A stretch of 64,000 bases of DNA. Source: Lama guanicoe (lineage: Eukaryota). The position numbers were made by a program, and so were the translations under genes. This document shows positions 1-15,060 of the stretch, piece by piece. A model generated the notes under the pieces. That model was given only the letters and a program-made list of their open reading frames with translations. It was not told the origin of the DNA and did no database searches. Within the stretch, counting starts at the first letter, position 1. Each line of letters opens with the position of its first letter. The stretch lies in the NCBI GenBank assembly GCA_013239625.1, contig MU053934.1, positions 5,784,399 to 5,848,398 on the forward strand, written 5' to 3'.

Positions 1-639
1 TCTAGTTAAAGCTGTGGTGGTGTTTTCACAGATTTGTTGTTCTTGTTTATGATAAAGACATGGAAACAAATCCCACTTCTTCTATTTTAACAATGATGTC
101 AACAATCCATTACTCTTCAGTGTTCTTTTAAGACGAAATTCAAATAAGCCAACAAAAGATTTAAGAGTGATCTAGCTGTCATACATCTGCAACATTAGAT
201 TTTTTTAAATGGGGGCCTGATCTAAAAATGGGAAGGTGACAGGAAGTTCAAGTGCTTTGGCTGTGAAGCAATGACCAGTAAGGCTAAGTGGCAGAATGCC
301 TCACATAAATACAACTACACATAAATAGAAGTACAGCAACTGAAAGAGGATCGAAAATTAAGGAGAAAGGACCTCATAGTTAGATGACCAACTGATGAAT
401 GGGAAATGTGTGCTCAAGTGAGTGACGTTGAAATCGTGACCCTTAACCCAAAGCCATTCCAGGTCGGACTGGTATTTGGGATAGTCTGGGGATGGCTTCA
501 CCCGGGCTCCTAAGCCTCCTCCCTCCACCTATTTCAGGTGGGCAGGAGAAAGCAAAGCTGGAGAATGCCTGCTCAACTTGGCCCTGCGGAGGGCACTGGG
601 GGAGCTCCGGCCTCCCCATCGAATCCTGAGTACTTCCCG

Positions 640-1900
<1,261 letters not shown>

Positions 1901-3120
1901 TAAAGTATCTCGAGTGTAACTCTTGTCTCTTCTGAGAGATCTGTTGGTTTGTCACACAGCCGCCCCAGTCCTGTTGTCATATCCAGAATGCCCCTGTCCA
2001 AAAAAACAAACAAAAAAAGGCATGGTGAAATTTGTTAAAAAGAAAATGCGAGCTTAAATCTTGTGTCATTTAGGGAGGGTTGAGTACTAGTTACGAACGA
2101 CCTGGTAAAAGTGGGAAAGCCGAAATGTGAAACGTGTCTTTTTTACAAGAAATGCTTTATTAGGGGTTCGCCAGCAGATGGGGAGAAAAGTGTCGATTCC
2201 CACCAAAGATAAAACAGATCTATCGAAAATGAAGACTGAAACAGTGAAGATGTTTTTCCTGGAACATCTGGCTAAACCCTGACAGTCTTCCCCCGCTAGT
2301 GCTTTTTGGCGTTTCATTGTGGGCACTGCATGCTCAGTTACAGCCAGCAGCCATATTGAAGAATAGAGTAGGATTTTTTCCTCCAAGTTGAGGCTCTCGG
2401 GTGAAAAGTGCTGAAGAAGTTACTAGACACTGAGAATTAGGCTTGAGAGAGATGAAGGTTTGGGAAGTGGCACCAAATCAGTGGATGAAAGGGAGTTTGG
2501 AATATTTATAATTGCAAAGCAGAAGGCTGAATTATTTAAATAACCACTTTTAGATAAACTTATGGAAATTATCTTAAGGAAATGTAACAGTCGGAACATG
2601 TAAAAGTTGAGAACATCAGTTTATTTGATGATTGGAGCTAAACAAAATTCTAGTGAATTCTAGAGTTTGTTGTGAAGTAATCTTACAAGATTTAGTGATG
2701 ACCTTGTTCTGTGTACTGACACTGGATAATTAGTTATCCAGCTTATCCCACGATTACCCGTTTTATGATCCAGTCATCATCTTAGTTCATTCTGTTCCTA
2801 GCTTTCACCTTCCCATTTCTGCTTCCAAGTTGCCTTGAAGAGCAGATATTTATTTATGCAGAAATTGAGCTCTTCTGCAACTGCCAGGGTAACCTGCACG
2901 GTAATTCACGTTTGTGATTATTAAACCTAAAACAGGTACTTATAAATTATTCTTGATTTGTTTACACTGATAGGACTGACTAAATTAAGCTGTAGGAAGA
3001 AATCAAATTAAAAGATGACATTCATTTCTGTGTTCATATACTTAAGACATTTGGAGAATGGGGATGAGCATACGTGTAGCCTACTGTTGCTGTCTGAAAT
3101 AATAAATAAGAGTAATGTAA

Positions 3121-3363
<243 letters not shown>

Positions 3364-4251
3364 TAATTGGAGGGGGACGGGAGGAAGTTGAGAAGGTTAC
3401 AGAGATTGCAGCTATCCTGATGTGACCAATTTTCTTCTTCACAAGGAGATAAAGTACAGTCAGAGCATTTGGGGTCTTCTGCATCTAGTCCGTTGGTTTG
3501 TTTGAAGTAAAGTAGTTTTTCATGATGTCCTGGGAGGCGTACCCATCTCAGAATAAATCTACTCAGTCTAAAGATGGCAAGGCCACATTTAGAATGAGTT
3601 GTGGACACAGAGGTACTGTTGATTCTCTCTTCTCTATTCCTCATCTCAGACGCACAGGCAGAAATAGTGAAAGAAAGAAAATTAACTTGAGCTAAAATAT
3701 TCTATTGGAACTAGTTTCTGCTCAGGAAGATTTATGAAGAAAAGAAGCCTAAGGAGTATGGATTTTCAGTGTTAGGCTCAAATATAGTTAAGAGGACATC
3801 ACTGCCAATATCTAAATAGACATTTAATTGCTGTAAAGAAATCCCATGTAAATTTCCACATATTTCATTACACATAGTGGTCAATACATAGTAGGTTTGA
3901 TTATAGCTGTTGATGGACTTTAGTATCCTTGTAGTAATAAGGGCAAGAATGTTGATCCTACCAGGAACAGCTGAAGTTACTTTTTCACCCACATACTAAA
4001 ATGGTTTGTAATTTAGATCAGAAATGGGGTAAAGAAATTTCACCTTTCTAGAGTTGAAATTATAACTTATTTTTTAAATCATTTGCCTGCCCCCTTGGCT
4101 TTATCTCTAGCCACTCTCTTGCTTACTCTGGTAGTTCCTCTGATTTTCTTTCTGTTCTTGAAGTGTCCATGCTCTTGTTTAGAGCCTTTAAGTATCCTGT
4201 TCCCTCTGCTGGAATATTCTCCGCCTCTTCTCCCCCCATCTTTGTCTGACC

Positions 4252-4542
4252 CAGCACTGTCCCATCTAAATGTAAGCCACAAATGCGAGCACGGACATAA
4301 TTTAAAGTTTTCTAACACTCACATTAATAAAGTTAAATGAAATAATTTGTATTTTATTTATCCTACTATATCCAAAATAATTTTATTTCAACATGTAATC
4401 AGTATTTTAAAGTGAAATATTTTACTTTTTTTTTTGTACTAAGTCTTTGAAATGTATTTTACACTCCCAGCACATCTCAGTTCAGAGTAGCCACATTTCA
4501 AGTGCTCATAGCCACGTGAGGCTGCTTTATTGGACAGTGCAG
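4252..4542. mobile_element. hAT-Charlie MITE, MER33-like, inserted in an L2 remnant
   Basis: Terminal inverted repeats CAGCACTGTCC ... GGACAGTGC; internal gtagccacatttcaagtgctc matches the recalled MER33 consensus. Confidence 0.8.
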
Positions 4543-5646
4543 AACTAACCCGTTAGTTGGTCTTCAGATCGCACCTTGAAGTTGCTCAATGATGTTTTCC
4601 CTGACCATACTTACATACACACAGACACAAGCTATGAGAGTTTTGTTAAATGTTTCCAAGAAAACAACCTATAGTTTCCTTTATAGCAGTCACTTAATTT
4701 AGTTGGTTGTTTCTAAGTCCATGTTATTTACTGCTGTATCCCCAACATCTAGCCTAGTGTCCAGTACATAATAGGTTCTCACTAGATATTTGCTCAGTGA
4801 ATAATAAAAACAAAATAAGGGAATAGTCTGTGATCATTGCAACCTGGAAAGCGCAAATCAAATATTTTGTGTTGGAAAGCAATCATGGGGTGTATTGGCA
4901 GTTTATTGACCTTGGTTTCTTTGAGTTTCAACCCTGTTTACCTTTTCACACAACAGTCAGAGCAGATCAGCAGATACCATGATGTTTAACATAGACAGAA
5001 GGAATCCATCACTGACAAACACATGCACGGTTTTAAATGTGCATGGGTGGGGTTTTTGATTACTTGCTTGCCAATTTCTTTGCTGTGCATTTCCACAAGG
5101 AGTTGTGCCCAGAGGAAATTTTACTTTCTTGGGGTTCTCTTCTGTAAATAATTAATGATTTTATATAGTCCTGGCTTTTTTTTTTTTTTAACCTCTGTGT
5201 TTTAAGTCATTGTGTGTCTCTGGATGCAAGAAAATGCACTTCTTGGAAAGATGGTGACAGACAAAGATCACTGATACTCTGTCTTCTCTTACTGTTGAAA
5301 GCTTGAGGCATCAGGGTGGGCTTTTAGTTAGACACCTGCTTTATCATATGTTTTAAATATCAGATGAAGAAGTAGAACATTAAATTCCTATAACAATTAT
5401 GAAAGTATTTTCAAGTCATATCTTTTATTCATTTGATGATTGTTTATATTCTAGGCTTTTTGCTAGGCTCCAGAAGAAAACAGTGACTGAGATCAGGTCT
5501 TTACCCTTAAGAAATATATCCTTCTGCTTATTACAGACACTAAAGAAAAATCTGGTTACCACAACTGGGCTTGTCTTCCTTTCAAAAATACATGAGTAAT
5601 GATTCTTGTAAAAAGACTTTTTGTTAAAGATGAAAATAAGAATCTT

Positions 5647-5821
5647 AACAACAAGGTCCTACTTTACAGCACAGGGAACTCTATTCAATACCTAGTAATG
5701 GCCTATTATGAAAAAGAGTGTGTGTGTATATATACATATATATATATAAATGAATAACTATGCTATACATCAAAAATTAACACAACATTAAATCGACTAT
5801 ACTTCAATTTAAAAAAAGAAA
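5647..5821 (+). mobile_element. 5'-truncated cetartiodactyl-type L1 3' end
   Basis: aacaaggtcctactttacagcacagggaactctattcaata ... tcgactatacttcaattt then A-rich tail; internal (TG)/(TA) microsatellite. Confidence 0.75.
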
Positions 5822-6570
5822 GAAAATGACTTAGCAGTGGCCATTCTCTAATAAATGCTGGTCTGGCATTAAATGCATAATTATATACATGGCTGTAAAT
5901 AAATAAGAGTGATTATGCCTGTACTCAAGTTGGACTCGCCTCAAAGCATTCTTGGTCTGAAGACTTCCTCTCTGAAATCCAAACTGATACACACTTCCTA
6001 CTGTAACTTCATACTTACTTTGTGTTGCCCCATTTCTTGGTTGTTTTGAAGAGTTGCTGAAATACGCAATCTGCTCGTAATTTTCTCTGTTGCCTCAGGT
6101 AATCTTGTTCCAGATGAAGGAGGCAGCCAGAGGTGCTTAGTCTCAGCCTTTGCCCATAAGAAGTTAGTCTCTTCCTAAAACCACAGGTCCATCGATATTT
6201 TCAAGTGTGAAACCTGTTCACTTCTGAGAAGAAGCCAGTGCTTCCTTGGGAGTCCTTGGGTTGTAATGCTCTTGTGTTGAAGTGTGAAAGTCCTCAGGCT
6301 TTATAAATCGCATGAAACGAACGTCTGTCTTTGCAGGGGTCTGACAGGAACCTGTTACATGCTGCTTGTGTGTCTGCTCTAGGCTGACAGTGAACAGTTT
6401 CTTCCCCAGTTTGAACTAATGACTGAACCCTGTACTCACTCTCTGCACCAAAAGCTTGAAAGCATTTTGGCTTGGGAACGTTGTACACTCGTGTTAAGTA
6501 ACTTTTTAAGCTTTATCCCTTTTTAGCTGACGTTCTAGGTTGCAGTCCTGTCTCTCATATGTTTCTGGGG

Positions 6571-6722
6571 TTTTTTTATTGTTATTAAAGTATAGTTGAT
6601 TTACAGTATTATGTTAGTTTCAGATGTACAACATAATGGTGATTTAATACTTTTAGAGATTATACTCCCTTTGAAGTTGTTATAAAATATTGGCTATATT
6701 CCCTGTGCTATACAATATATTT
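6571..6722 (-). mobile_element. L1 3'-end fragment
   Basis: T-rich start, aagtatagttgatttacagtattatgttagtttcag ... tattccctgtgctatacaata (reverse complement of an L1 tail). Confidence 0.7.
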
Positions 6723-8190
6723 TTGTTCTCTGTTAGGAATTTTCTGATAAAGAATACATACATATTTGGCCCTCATTCTGTCTTATAGAAGTGGTTTTGT
6801 TTGCTTGTTCAAATACTGAAAGCCTACTTTGCACTTGGCATAGAAAGACGGCCCCTTAAAAATACATAGACCTAGGAAAATTTAGACATGATAATGTGTT
6901 TTGTTATTTACTGTGCTTCTTATTTAGCTAATTTCTTTAATACACTGTCCTCATCTAAATGAGAGGATCCAACTTGAAGGACATCACATTGCTTTTTCTC
7001 TGCCCTCTCTTTGAATATGGTGCATTCACTGCCCCAGTACACTCTTGAATATACTGCGTGGACCCTGGATTATCCACCTTTATCAGAAGGAAGATTAGTT
7101 AATTCTCTTTGTAGTGTGAACCTGGGTGGCAAAAGCAAGTTCTGTGATTTCGGACCCTTTGCCTTTCATTCTTCTGAAGGGCGGGAAAAAAAATCATGGG
7201 ACAGCTCTTCCAGATACCCCCATTAACATCTCAGCATACTTTGTACAGTTTTACTATTTTTCACCTGTTGAAGTTTGCAGTAATTGTCTCCTAAATAGTC
7301 TTTCCTGAAGCTTTTTATTCTTCAGATGGGAGACTCCATTTAGTTACCACCTTCAGAGAAAGCAGATTACACGTTAGTAATTCTTGTTCTTTGAATATTT
7401 ATCCCCAATAGAGCTTTGCTCGTCCTTGCTTCATTCCAGCACCCCCACTTCCTCCCTTATGAAATTGACGTTTGGGTACCTTTGCAGTGATTTGCTCTAT
7501 TCACCAGGCAGAATCACCGCAGGGGCAGTGAGCATCACTAGGTCGTGGGCCCCAAATCTCTGACCCATTGGCCTCACAGATTTGCTGTGCTGACAGTGTT
7601 TTAAGGACTTTGAGTTTTGACGCCACACAGAGCATGCGCTGCAGTTTGTCCCAGGCCTCTTCACGCCCTCTTCCTTGCTCTGTCCCGGTTCACACGTGCC
7701 TGCCTGACTCCTCTAGAGACTGCAGCTTGTCACCCAGCTGAGCTTTCCTGTGGGCAGACCTGGGTGTCGTAAGGGCCTGAGAGGAAGCATTCACCAAGAA
7801 CAGGGAGAAGATGCCAGTTCTTGGAACAGTGAGAGTTATGTGGTGGCTTTAAGAATTTAATAAATCTACCAAGTTAGGAGGAATCACTTTCATTTGGACA
7901 AGTCAGGTTATGTTCAGAATTAAAAGGTGCCTTTTCCTTTGCCACTCTGTCTTTGAACGAGGATAGGAAGATTGTAAAGCATGCTGTTAAGTCATCTCTT
8001 TGCCTCTGTCTTCACCCCTTTCCACGTTCATTAAAAAACAATTATGATTAACCCCTTGAGATTTTGCTCAGGTTTATACTGTCACCCCCACCCCAGCCAT
8101 GTTACCGTGTGCCTATGCAGTTAGGGTGGCTGTAGACTCAGAGGCTGTTGCTCCTGGGGTCCCGTGATCATGTTGCTCTTGTTCCCACAG

Positions 8191-8261
8191 GCATAGAATG
8201 TCAAGCTAACCAGGCGTCTGCTACTTCTGAAGAGTGCACCGTGGCGTGGGGCGTCTGTAAC
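8191..8261 (+). CDS. RBX1: RBX1 coding exon 3 ([24 protein letters not shown])
   Basis: Acceptor ctcttgttcccacag; donor AAC|GTAAGG at 8262. Confidence 0.99.
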
Positions 8262-11062
8262 GTAAGGAAACATCTTTCGCTATCAGCATGGCTTGTAAAC
8301 ATATTACCACTTTCCCTGCTTTACCAGTCTTGAAAATCACTAGGAAAAAAAATGACTAGCCCACCTTTCTCCCACAAGGTACACAAACATTAAAAATGAT
8401 TTTAAATCATTGTACTATTTTCCTGTCATGGGGTAAGAATTATTATTGCAGAGGCACCAGTTTGTCTTAATTATAAAGTGTACCCACTTTTGTCGGCAAC
8501 ATTTTGAGGGTTCATTTTTGGGAGTTGCCTTCTATGGCACAGTCTTTGGAATATTGTTAGTGGAAATCTTTACTTTCTTAACAGATTTTTTTTAAAGGCC
8601 AGGTGTCTTGTGGAACGAAGTTCGGTGAATAAATTGAGTGTTCATGTGTGTGTTAAGTGTGACAAATGTACTAAGTTAGGATTGGGTTTTTTTTTAAAAC
8701 ACAGCTCATGCCAGAAATGTTTTGTGCAGCACGGTCGGACTGAACGGACAGGGTGTGACAGCTGTGAAGGATGACAAGTATCAAATATGTTATTTCTAGC
8801 ATGTGTTAAAAATTCATCCTTATACCGCCATAGTCCCAGTCAGATGAGCTAAAATTGTCCTGTCCAGGCGTCCTGTGCCAAGGGGACAGAGGACTCCCAG
8901 CATGACACAGGCCTGAGACGTCAAGACTCTGGAGTCAGACCGCCATTCCCTGGCTTTGTGACTTATTTACTAGGTGACTTCGGGCAGGGAGTTGTCCTCT
9001 ATAAGCCTCATGTGAGATGGAGCTGATAGCAGACTGCATAGACTTCAATCAGGATGAAATGATTTTATGTTAAGAAGCAGTTAGAACACCTGCTGCCCAT
9101 AGTAGGTGTGTTTGTTAATAAATATAAATAAATATCCACTTGGGGTGGTGGTGCTTCCTGAGGAGAGGGTAGCTGTCAGTACTTTTCTCCATCAGGTTGA
9201 GGCTCTCTTCCCCACCCACACCTGGTGGCACCTTCTTCATGCTGTCCAGGCCCTTTGGCAGTTTCACAGTAGTGTATGTTGGCCAAAGGACAGCATTTGT
9301 CATTTATGGGGATAGGAAATAAAACCCATTGGGCTCTTTGCCCTCCCTGGCATCCAGGCGGACACTAAGAACCATGTCCCTTTGTGCTGGAGAGAAAAGG
9401 GGGTCTAGCTCAGAGAGTCTGCCTTCACGAAGAGCCGGCGTGGTGGGCCGGAAACCTCTGGCCTAGTGCTGGCTTCTAGTCCTGGGTCTTCTCCACCAGC
9501 CCCGTGAATTAGGCAAGTCCCTTAGCTCGCCTGGGTTTCAGTTACCTGTCTGTAAAATGAAGATGATACCTGTCGTGCTGGCTTGCCAGGGTTGCTGGAG
9601 GCTCAGCTGAGGTCATAGATGTTTACAGACCTCGTGTAAAGTGTGAGGCACTAATCAGAGACTGCTCAGTGCACCCAGTGGTATGTCTTAGATTGTTAAC
9701 AGGAGCCAGCTGGGAGCAGGACGCTTGGGGATGCTGTCACCAGCCTTCTTGGCAGCCCCCTTTCCCTCCGTCTTCTGAGCTGGTGGGGAGTTGGGAGGGG
9801 AAGGGTGTCCAGAATGGCCTTAGGTGAGCCTGTCTCCACCAACTGGGGCAGTGCCTCAGCTTCCTGCCTTTAGGAGATGTTCTTTCTCTTCTTCATGGTG
9901 AGATGCATGAGCGTCAGGAGGACGGGGATCCTCCAGGAGGCGGCCACTCTGGGAGCGTGTGTCCTGTTGAGTAGCCCAGTACACTAGGTGCAGTTCTGGT
10001 CTTCATTACTGAATTCTATTTTTGTTTTGTCAAAGTACAGTTCACAAATGATAATCCACGTTAGGATTCTCCTTTAAGTCCCACGCATGTTTTGGGAGAT
10101 GCACTGACCAGACTTCGAGGCTGTTACCAAATCAAGCCTGAAAAGCTTTCACTGTCTTGTCGGGGTGTCAGCGTTTCTCCCCTGTCCCCACCTCAGCCGA
10201 CCCCTCCTGGATGGGATGCGGGGTTGCTTGCTGCTTCTGTCTTGGTAAGACTGAGACACGTGAGCAGAAGGGCGGAGAACAGACGTCCAGGGCAGTGGTG
10301 GTGTGATCAGCATCTGCGTGTCAGTAACTCGCACGTGGAGTTTCCTTTTCCCCAAATCTGAAAGCCAGCTCCTCGCTCCCTGCCGGTTACCAGTATTCTT
10401 GGTACTTCTGCCATTTTACTTCCTGTCTTGATGGTGAAATAAAGCCCTTTGGTGCTTTCAGCTGCTTGTGTGCTGCATGCACATCATAATACTTCCTTTT
10501 ACCCGAATTTTTTAATCTTGTTCCCTTTGAAGACAGAGCCCCTCACCCATTAAAGGCTTTATTGAGTACCCAGCTTTTGTAATATCAATACATGTATGAG
10601 TAAACCTGGAAGTAAAGACCTTTAAACAGAATTGAGCTGGGTGTGGAAATGTTGGGGAGGTGCACTCCCAAGGGCCAAGGAGAAGCCTCTGGTCCTGGGA
10701 TTCCTCTTCTCCAAGGCAGGGAGGGCAGCTGGGGACCAAGAAGGGGGGGCGTTTAAAGTCTGCCAGGGATCGAGGGCCTCCCTGCATGTGTCCAAGGAAG
10801 GTAAACCCCTCTCCAGGCCGAACAGGACCAAGGAGCCCCAACCCATCTTCCCTTGAGAGAAAAGGAGATCTCACGGCCAGAACATCCACCACGTGCCTAT
10901 ATAACTTCTTCCTTTTGTACTCATGACGTTTCCAACCAGTGTTTCATTGGACGTATCCTCATACGTAACCAAGGTGTGACCAGGTGTGGACCTTTTGTCT
11001 CCCGCGGTTTGTCGCCTTCCATTGTTCTCCTCCAGCCCGGTGTGACCACCCGCTGCCCTTGA

Positions 11063-11215
<153 letters not shown>

Positions 11216-11679
11216 TAAGTGTCTCCGGCTGTTCTGGCGTTGTAAGGTTGGGCTTTGTGGTCACTGCCATTCTCTGACTCACCTCGGGCTGGAGGCTGCA
11301 TAGTCTTAGAAGGTGGAGACGCAGAACATGCCTTGTGTCATAAACTAGCTTTGGGTTCGTTAGACAAGGACCCGTCTGTGTGGAAAATGCACAAGGTGAG
11401 ACCAACTTTAGAAGCTTGCAGCCTGAAGTTTCCTTACCGTCTAGGGTCTAAAAAAGTAGGAAATATGAGGATTTGCAAACTATCAATTATTTCCAAAATC
11501 ACATCCATTGTAAGGCCGCAGGGGCTAACTGATGTCTGGTATCTTTGCTTTGGGCTAGAATTCTGCCCACCAGTGTTTCACTGGTTTATCTCCTGCTCAT
11601 TAGTTCTGATGTAACATTTATGGCTATCGCAACTAAATTATTATTATTATCATTGTTATTATGTAAATAAAACAGGACA

Positions 11680-12370
11680 TGGCAGATTTTCAGAAATTCA
11701 CATGGTCAAAGGGTGTACACAGAAAACGAGTCTCACCTGATCCTCACCCCTCTCCCAGAGGTACCGTCAGCAACAGCTTCTCTGCTGCTTCCCCGAGGGT
11801 CTCCGTGCGTGTACTAGCCTGCATGGAGTGGATATGCATAGGATTTTTTTCTTAACGTAAATAGGAGCATCCTATACAGTAATTCACTTTGCTTTTTCAG
11901 TTCATACATTTTGGAGATTTTTCATATCCACACATATCAAACTCTCTCCTTTCTAATGGTTGCAGAGCATTTTTTTAGTGTAGATTACCATTATTTATTG
12001 AATCAGTCCCTGTTCATAGACAGTTGGGTTTCCGGGTTTTCGCTGTTGAAACCACGTGCAGGGATGGACATCCTTACACATGAGTCTTTGTATGTATGTT
12101 CGAGTACATCTGTAGCACCAATTCCCAAAAGAGGAGTTCCTGCTCGAAGAGTGTGTGTTTTTATTGATAGTGTCAGACTTTCCTTTCCCAAGAATATGGA
12201 CTAATTCACACTCCCTACAAACAGTGGCGTGAATGCTTCATTCTCCATTCCTTGCCAGTGCAGAAGTTCTCACTTTTCCATCTTAGCCACTCTGACAGGT
12301 GAAAATTAGTATTCAATTGCATTTTTAAAAATTTTGAGGAAGGTTAAGGCTACTTTTCATATATTTTTAT
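11680..12370 (-). mobile_element. Old L1 (L1ME-like) 3' UTR fragment in RBX1 intron 4
   Basis: Diverged hallmark phrases (ttattgaatcagtccctgttcatagacagttgggtt; aattcacactccctacaaacagtg). Confidence 0.6.
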
Positions 12371-13940
12371 GTGTCATATTTTTCTGTGGAATGCTCTTTC
12401 ATCTGTTGAACTTTGATTTTCTTTATCAAATTTTTTTTTCTGTTTTTTTTTGTTGTTGTTTATGTTTTTGTCAAATTTTTAATGGGAAGGGGGATTTTTA
12501 CTTACATATGAGTTTTGACGAATAGGATATTCTTGTGTTTAAAAAACAATGAATAGGGATCTTTAGTTAGTGAAGTGTTAAGAAATTCCTTATTGGTACG
12601 GTTATTTAAGAAATGTGCCAAGTACTCAGCATCTGACTCATACCATTGCACTCCAGTCAGCAGAGTGTGTGCTAAGTAACGTGTAAGATGTAAGGATGTC
12701 TGAGACAGTCCTTCCCTATCCTTGGGGAGCTTGCGTTCTGAGTGGAACCATGACATGTAACATGTCAAGGCAGAAACAGTTTCGTAAGTTTTCAAGAGGC
12801 TTTTGTAATTGGCTCTGCCCTGGAGCAGGCTCAGGGTTCCGCTTTGGACCAAAACTGCCTCACGTAGCCCGTTACACAGCCGAGGGCGGAGCCTCAGGAG
12901 TGGGGGTGCGAGGGTTCCCTCCTGTTGGGCTTCGGGACTGTCGCTTTATCCAGCTGGTGCCTTTGCCATGGTTGTCAGTGCTTTGGGAAGACAAATTCAT
13001 GAGAAACAAATTACAGCATGCTTTAATCTGATTGGCAGCTTCTGGGTTATTCTCCAGCCCACTAACACATACTGGAGCTCTACCCTGTGAGGAATTTCTT
13101 AAACAATATTTAAGTGGATTTCTTCTGAGAAGTGCTTAAAGAACCTAGTGGTCCTTTGGCATGATTAAAGCAGTGACGCACAGTTCTGGTGCCCTGGTCT
13201 CCATTCATAGAACAGAGTATCTTAATCAGAGGCTAACAGCCCAAAAAGAACCATGACAAAATACTGAGATAATAATGAAGGGTTTTGTATTCAAGAAATC
13301 CATTTATTTATATGTAGAAGAAAGTTCCTGGCCTTGTTTACAATCTTGTTAGAGCCAAATTTTGGCACCTGGGGAAATCAGAAACCTGGACCTGAAATCC
13401 GTACGTAGTTGTTCCACAGTTCAGCACTGAATGTAAGCAGGGCTATGATTGGAACTGGTGGTGGATTTTTAAATTGAAGGCTGGTCCATTACTATTTTCT
13501 GTATTTGCCTTACCCTCAACTTGCCTGAGTACTGGAGCCGAGGTAAAAATGGACTGCTCCGCTGGTGGGGGAGGCCGAGAGTTCAAGCTATCTGAGCCAC
13601 TGACTGGGGCCAACAGGTGGAGCTCCCTTTCACAACCAGCAGCTCTGACTTATGCCTCTCGGCTCCCTGTTGCTGCCCCGCATCTGTCTGGTAACTGGAG
13701 GGAGAGTCCTAGGGTACAGTTGGGTCCCAGGGCATTGTTTTGGGGGGGGGGGGACCATCGCTGAGAAGTGAGTGGTCGGTAAGATGTTAGCAAGGTCGGT
13801 GCGATGAAACCAGCCCAGGCTTGGAACACACTTGTGGTCACTTTTCAAAGTCTTAACCAAATTTGCTGATATATTTAAGCAGGTTTTATAGTCTCAAACT
13901 GGAAATACTAAGGAGTTCATTAGTTTACTTTGTCTTTTAG

Positions 13941-13953
13941 GTATGGGCACTAG
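13941..13953 (+). CDS. RBX1: RBX1 last coding exon (K-YGH-stop), followed by a short 3' UTR
   Basis: Acceptor tttgtcttttag, then G TAT GGG CAC TAG. Confidence 0.97.
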
Positions 13954-14001
13954 AACAAGAGAATTCTTCCATCAAGCTCAACTGTTTCGTTATTCATTTA
14001 A

Positions 14002-14176
<175 letters not shown>

Positions 14177-14529
14177 GGGTCCCCTCTTCCTAGGTTGGAA
14201 GGTGAGGTGTTTGTTCATTAGAACCAGAGCAGAGCCGTCCTGCGAGCACATCGCTTGGTCCTGAGGAAGCCGGGTCCACAGCCTGGTTACTGGTGGCAGT
14301 CTGGGGCAGGTCTCCTCTCTGCTCTGAGCCTTCCTCCTCTCTAAAGTGGCTGCTAAGGACTAAATGGCGTCACGTGGGCACAGAAAGAGGCTTTGCAAAC
14401 TGTAAAACCACTGTACAAATGTTAACTTTGTGTATGACATGTTGCTTTCTCTTCTTAATTTAGAAAAGTAAACATGAAAAAATCTAATATGTAATCTTGG
14501 CTGGCAAAAGAGTAATCTATGAGCTCAAG

Positions 14530-15060
14530 TTGGCAATCCATGTCATTTAAAATTAAGTCAACAGGAGAATTCGAGTTTCCTTCCCCACCACCACCCTTGG
14601 CAGTTTATTTAAAATGCCTTCGCCATGGAGGGAACCGCTAGTCCTAATACAAATTCAAGGGCTGTCTAGGCTTTAACTGAGAGGCTCCTGAAGTTCCTTT
14701 GCCAACTGCATGACTGTGTGAGGCCAGGTCTTTATGTCCTTCAGCCAAAGCAGCATATTGAATGAAGAAGCTGACGTGAGAATCCAGCTATCTTGTATTA
14801 AGTCAGCTAGAAAAGAGATTTGCAAAACTGTAAAACAGTGCCACTCTTCTAATTTTCTGTTTTGAAAAATGGTTACTTTTCAAATAAAAATATTTATGTT
14901 AACATGTGATGGGTTTTTGTTCTTTTATAATCTTCTCAATTTCTCAGTTTGATTCCCATGACGATAAATGTCCGTAGCTAGAACCCACACAGAAGCCCTT
15001 TGGGGTCTTCAGTTTTTAAGCTCATGAAGGGCTCTTGCGACTAAAAGGTTTGAGAACCTC
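14530..15060 (+). mobile_element. hAT Charlie1-like DNA transposon 3' fragment
   Basis: agagatttgcaaaactgtaaaacagtgccactcttct ... tttggggtc ... aaaaggtttgagaacc matches the recalled Charlie1 3' end. Confidence 0.7.

Noticed and set aside
4975..5020. ATGATG ... CTGA pair in RBX1 intron 2 suggesting a C/D snoRNA
   Set aside because: Spacing of only ~35 nt, imperfect C box and no terminal stem.
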